Below, piece after piece: positions 60,349 through 64,000 of a stretch of DNA of 64,000 nt (positions are counted from its first letter, which is position 1; each line of letters opens with the position of its first letter). The notes below the pieces were generated by a model. It did not search any database. It was not told the origin of the DNA and worked only from the letters and a program-made list of their open reading frames with translations. Source of the DNA: Saprolegnia diclina VS20 (lineage: Eukaryota); contig NW_008246097.1 in assembly GCF_000281045.1 (NCBI RefSeq), positions 545,911-609,910 on the forward strand, read 5' to 3'. Both the position numbers and the translations under genes were made by a program.

Positions 60349-61726
60349 GTTACTGCTGCTCAGGAGGAATGATATCGGCCAGTGGCGGACGGATCGCGCC
60401 GGTTCAAGCTCGCGACCTTCTACGTCACAACCTCGGATCCGATGACGTCAACCAACTCTTGTATACAAACATCAAGTCGAACGGCGCGTTCGATTATTGA
60501 TTGGACCTTTCCACGTCAAATTGGTTGGCGTTGACGGCCACTTGCGTGTAATCGCGCGCATGACGCACCTGCGTGTTGTACCGTGGTATACTTGACCATC
60601 GAAGCGCCACGAAGCTCCTTGGCGCGGCAGCCAAGAAGGGACGTGGTTGCCCTTGAGGGCAACGACAAAGCGCTGCGTAGTGTTGCGAAGAGCGACGCCA
60701 GCGTCGTGCGAGCAATGGGTGTCAGCAGTACGTGACGAGCGCTGCACGGAGCGGTTTCTGCCGTGCCGACTCGAGCAGCTGGCATTTCCACGAGTAACGA
60801 GACGAACATTGAGACGAACGATGTGGACTCCACGACTGCGAGTGTTGTGTGGCGCACCTCCAACACCACTGCAACTTGTGTAGCAGTACGCACGAGATGC
60901 CACCGCACCTCTGTACTGGTACCGGTACTGGAATGTCGACACAGCCTGCATAGAAGGTTCGCATGATGGGTCTCGGTGTTACGTTCATGCAAGCGGATGG
61001 ATTTGGCGCTTATAGGGGAGGCCAATCAAGGATTGGCTTGCGGCCACTGGACGGACGTGTTTGGTTTGGCTCGAGGGATCGCTTCATCGGATAACCGGTG
61101 TTGGCGGCGAGTGTCGGACTCGCTCTGTGCAGCACGAGATCGCAACGCGCTCGTCGGTCTGGACGCACGACTAATCAATTCGCTTGGACTGATGAACCAA
61201 GTGATAACGGGAGGCAGCATGCCTGGAGAAATACGGTAAAATTGCACGAAATAGTGGGAATTTACACTGGTGTATTCTCGAAAGTCGAGAAACGTGTGAT
61301 ATTATGTTGGCTGAAACAACGCTCCTTAACAAAGATCACCTTTCATATGGACGATGTAATAGCCAAATGGAGGCGTGGGTTCAACATTGCGTCGTTTTGA
61401 CGCAGCGATGGTTGCCAAGAGCGCAGCACCGTTCCGGGCGCAGGACGATGACATCAACACTGCGTGGAATGTGGACACAGCGCATTGTGCCAAGCTCATG
61501 GCCACGATGCAGAGCAGTGTGGACGACGGCACGCTCTGCGATAAGCGCATAGACGCCACAGTCCGCTTCAAGAGTTGCGTGTTTTTAACTTGAGTGGTTG
61601 TATGGCCGCGTCACACGGGGTACGAATTCCGGATAACGGTGGAGGAAGTTTTAGTTTCTTTTTTCCACAAGTCAACTCGACAGCCAGACCCAACGCTTAT
61701 CTTCCGCCAACCTCCAAGTAGACAAC

Positions 61727-63898
61727 ATGCTTGACCACGTCTCCATCTTCAGCCAGAGCGGTACCGTTCTCTGGTCGCGCTCCCTTTGCCAGCTGCGTGG
61801 CAACCCCGTGGACGAGCTCGTCAAGACCGTGCTCCTCGAAGAGCGCACGGGCCGCAAGGAGCTCAACTACGACGCGTACCAGATGCGCTGGACGCTTGAG
61901 AACAAGCTCAACCTCGTGCTCGTCGTCGTCTACCAGAAGGTGCTGCAGCTTCTCTACGTCGACGAGCTCCTCGAGCGCCTCAAGCAAGAGGTCGTTGCCA
62001 GCTTCATCGATGAGATCCGCGCGCGTGCGCCGATTGCCTTTGACGACGCCTTTGATCGGATCCTCCGCGACGTCGAGACGAGCTACATGAAGGGCAAGCA
62101 CATGAATACGACAACGACCAGTACGCGTGCTCTGCCGACCAGTAAGAAGAATGGCGCGGCCAGAGCCGACGCCAGCTCCGACCCCGCAGACAAGGTCGAT
62201 CATATCCTCCCAATGTTCGGAAGCTCACATCTGCCATAGGAAAAGGACGACAGCGAAGGTGTGACGTCGTCGGCCGACGAGCTCGATCGCTTGAAGCACG
62301 ACATGGCGCGTCTCGGATCCTCCAAGTCGACCAAGACCATGCGCACGGGCCCGCGCCCGTCCAAGTTCAAGAAGAACGCGGACAAACCCGCCGATGGTAC
62401 GCTTGCATGTGTCCTCTGTTGTTGTAGCCTGAATATGTTTGCGTAGACAAGAACAAGGGCACGAAGAAGCCTGCGCTTTCGTACACGATCAAAGACAAGA
62501 TCTCGGCCAAGGACATGGCCAAGCTCGATCAATCCAAGCCGGTCACTGCCGACGACGAACAGGCGATGCTCGATACCAAGCGACGCGAAAACATTGGGGT
62601 ACGCAGTGCGAATATTGCGAGTTGGCACTCAATATGCATGGTCCAGGCCGACACCATGTCGGACGACGAGAACGAGAGCGAGTCGGAGCAGTCGGGCACG
62701 GACGGCAGCTCGGGCTGGAGCTTTGGCCAGACGCGCCTCGGCGACTTTCTGCAAAAGGTGTCGGGCAACAAGGTACTCGTCGTTGGTACCGTTCCCAGAT
62801 CTCACACGACGGCTATGTAGATGCTGACGCGCGACGATCTGGCGCCGGTCATGGACCAATTCCGCCAAACGGTACTGCTCCTCACTCGTAGTTTGTCGGT
62901 CCTCATGGCGCACACTAGCTCATTGCCAAGAACGTGGCGACCGAAGTGGCCGAAGAGCTCTGTGAGTCGGTCATGACGACGATGATCGGGAAGCGCCTCG
63001 AGAGCTTTACACGGTACAAAGGATGCTCCTGACAACAAGTGATGCGAATTCCCTCGTGTAGGATTCAAACTGTGGTGCAAAAGGCGCTCGAAACAGCCTT
63101 GCTGCGCATCTTGACGCCAAAAAAGTCGACCGACGTCTTGCGCGAAGTGCTCGCAGCGCGCGAGGCCGGCCGCTGCTACTCGATCGTGTTTGTCGGCGTC
63201 AACGGCGTCGGCAAGTCGACGAGTCTCTCGAAAGTGTGCTACTACCTCAAGTCGCGCGGCGTCAAGGTGATGATTGCGGCCTGCGATACGTTCCGGTCGG
63301 GCGCTGTCGAGCAGCTCAACCAGCACTGCAAGGTGCTCGACGTGCCGCTCTTTGAGCGCGGGTACGCCAAGGACCCGGCGGCCGTTGCGCGCGATGCGGT
63401 GGCCTACGGCAACGACAATGGCTTTGACTGCGTCCTCATCGACACGGCGGGGCGTATGCAGAACAACGAGCCGCTCATGCGCGCACTCGCCAAGCTCGTC
63501 TCGGTCAACAACCCGGACCTCGTGCTCTTTGTCGGCGAGGCGCTTGTCGGCAACGATGGCATTGACCAGCTCTCGCTCTTTGATCGCGTACGTCACTCCC
63601 TTCGTTTCGCAGCCATGTTGGAGCGGTGCGTCATGATGTAGGCGCTCGTCGACTACTCGGACCGCCAGGACCCGCGCCGCGTCGACGGCATCGTCATCAC
63701 CAAGTTTGACACGATCGACGACAAGGGTATGCACGCAAGAAGCATCCTCCTTGTGAAGCTCACATCTTCCTAGTCGGCGCGGCTGTCTCGATGGTGTACA
63801 AGACGGGGCAGCCCATCATGTTTGTCGGGACGGGCCAAAAGTACACCAACCTCACCAAGCTCAACATCAAGACCGTCATGCGCAGTCTCCTCAGCTAA
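61727..63898 (+). CDS. SRPRA: Signal recognition particle receptor alpha subunit
   Basis: N-terminal SRX/longin ([10 protein letters not shown]...LLEER), [59 protein letters not shown]. Confidence 0.96.
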
Positions 63899-64000
63899 GC
63901 CGCGCCGCATGAGTGCATCGTTTCCATATATACATGTGTCATGCATGGCATGCTGCTCTTCCTCGGTCTTGTGCACGATCACTGTCTGAAGCCACATGCC

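Noticed and set aside
61323..61330. U12-type branch-point-like TCCTTAAC
   Set aside because: No upstream RTATCCTT donor and no host gene found.
60400..61700. Short ORFs and a small hairpin (TTCTCGA-AAG-TCGAGAA) in the desaturase/SRPRA intergenic region; similar ORFs at 24900-25900 and 46600-47200
   Set aside because: No coding-like bias, recognisable domain, tRNA fold or element termini.

Overview
Gene-dense, GC-rich eukaryotic DNA with many short (about 40-55 nt) GT-AG introns and two assembly gaps (23684-24058, 32977-33933). It is almost certainly an oomycete of the genus Saprolegnia: the omega-3 desaturase is, from memory, near-identical to S. diclina Sdd17, and an elicitin-like gene and INR/FPR-like promoters are present. 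Housekeeping genes: SC35-like SR protein, MoaA/MOCS1A, sterol C4-methyl oxidase, ERGIC3, peroxisomal malate synthase, LNS2/lipin-like phosphatase, TPR protein, EI24, GT60-like glycosyltransferase, alpha/beta hydrolase, a giant ASH/PapD-like repeat protein, ZMAT5, REX1B, delta-17 desaturase and SRP receptor alpha. The most unusual region is 4961-23510. It holds six paralogous RGLG/copine-type vWA-only genes with no C2 or RING domain: five are N-myristoylation candidates and one carries a premature TGA. The three minus-strand and three plus-strand copies are separated by a 431-bp PIF/Harbinger-type MITE (40-bp TIRs, TTA target duplication). The array ends tail-to-tail with a ZNFX1-like helicase carrying NF-X1 fingers and an RZ-finger, followed by an uncharacterised 2OG-Fe(II) oxygenase-like gene. 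Exon boundaries were inferred by eye and family assignments come from motif recognition, not database searches.
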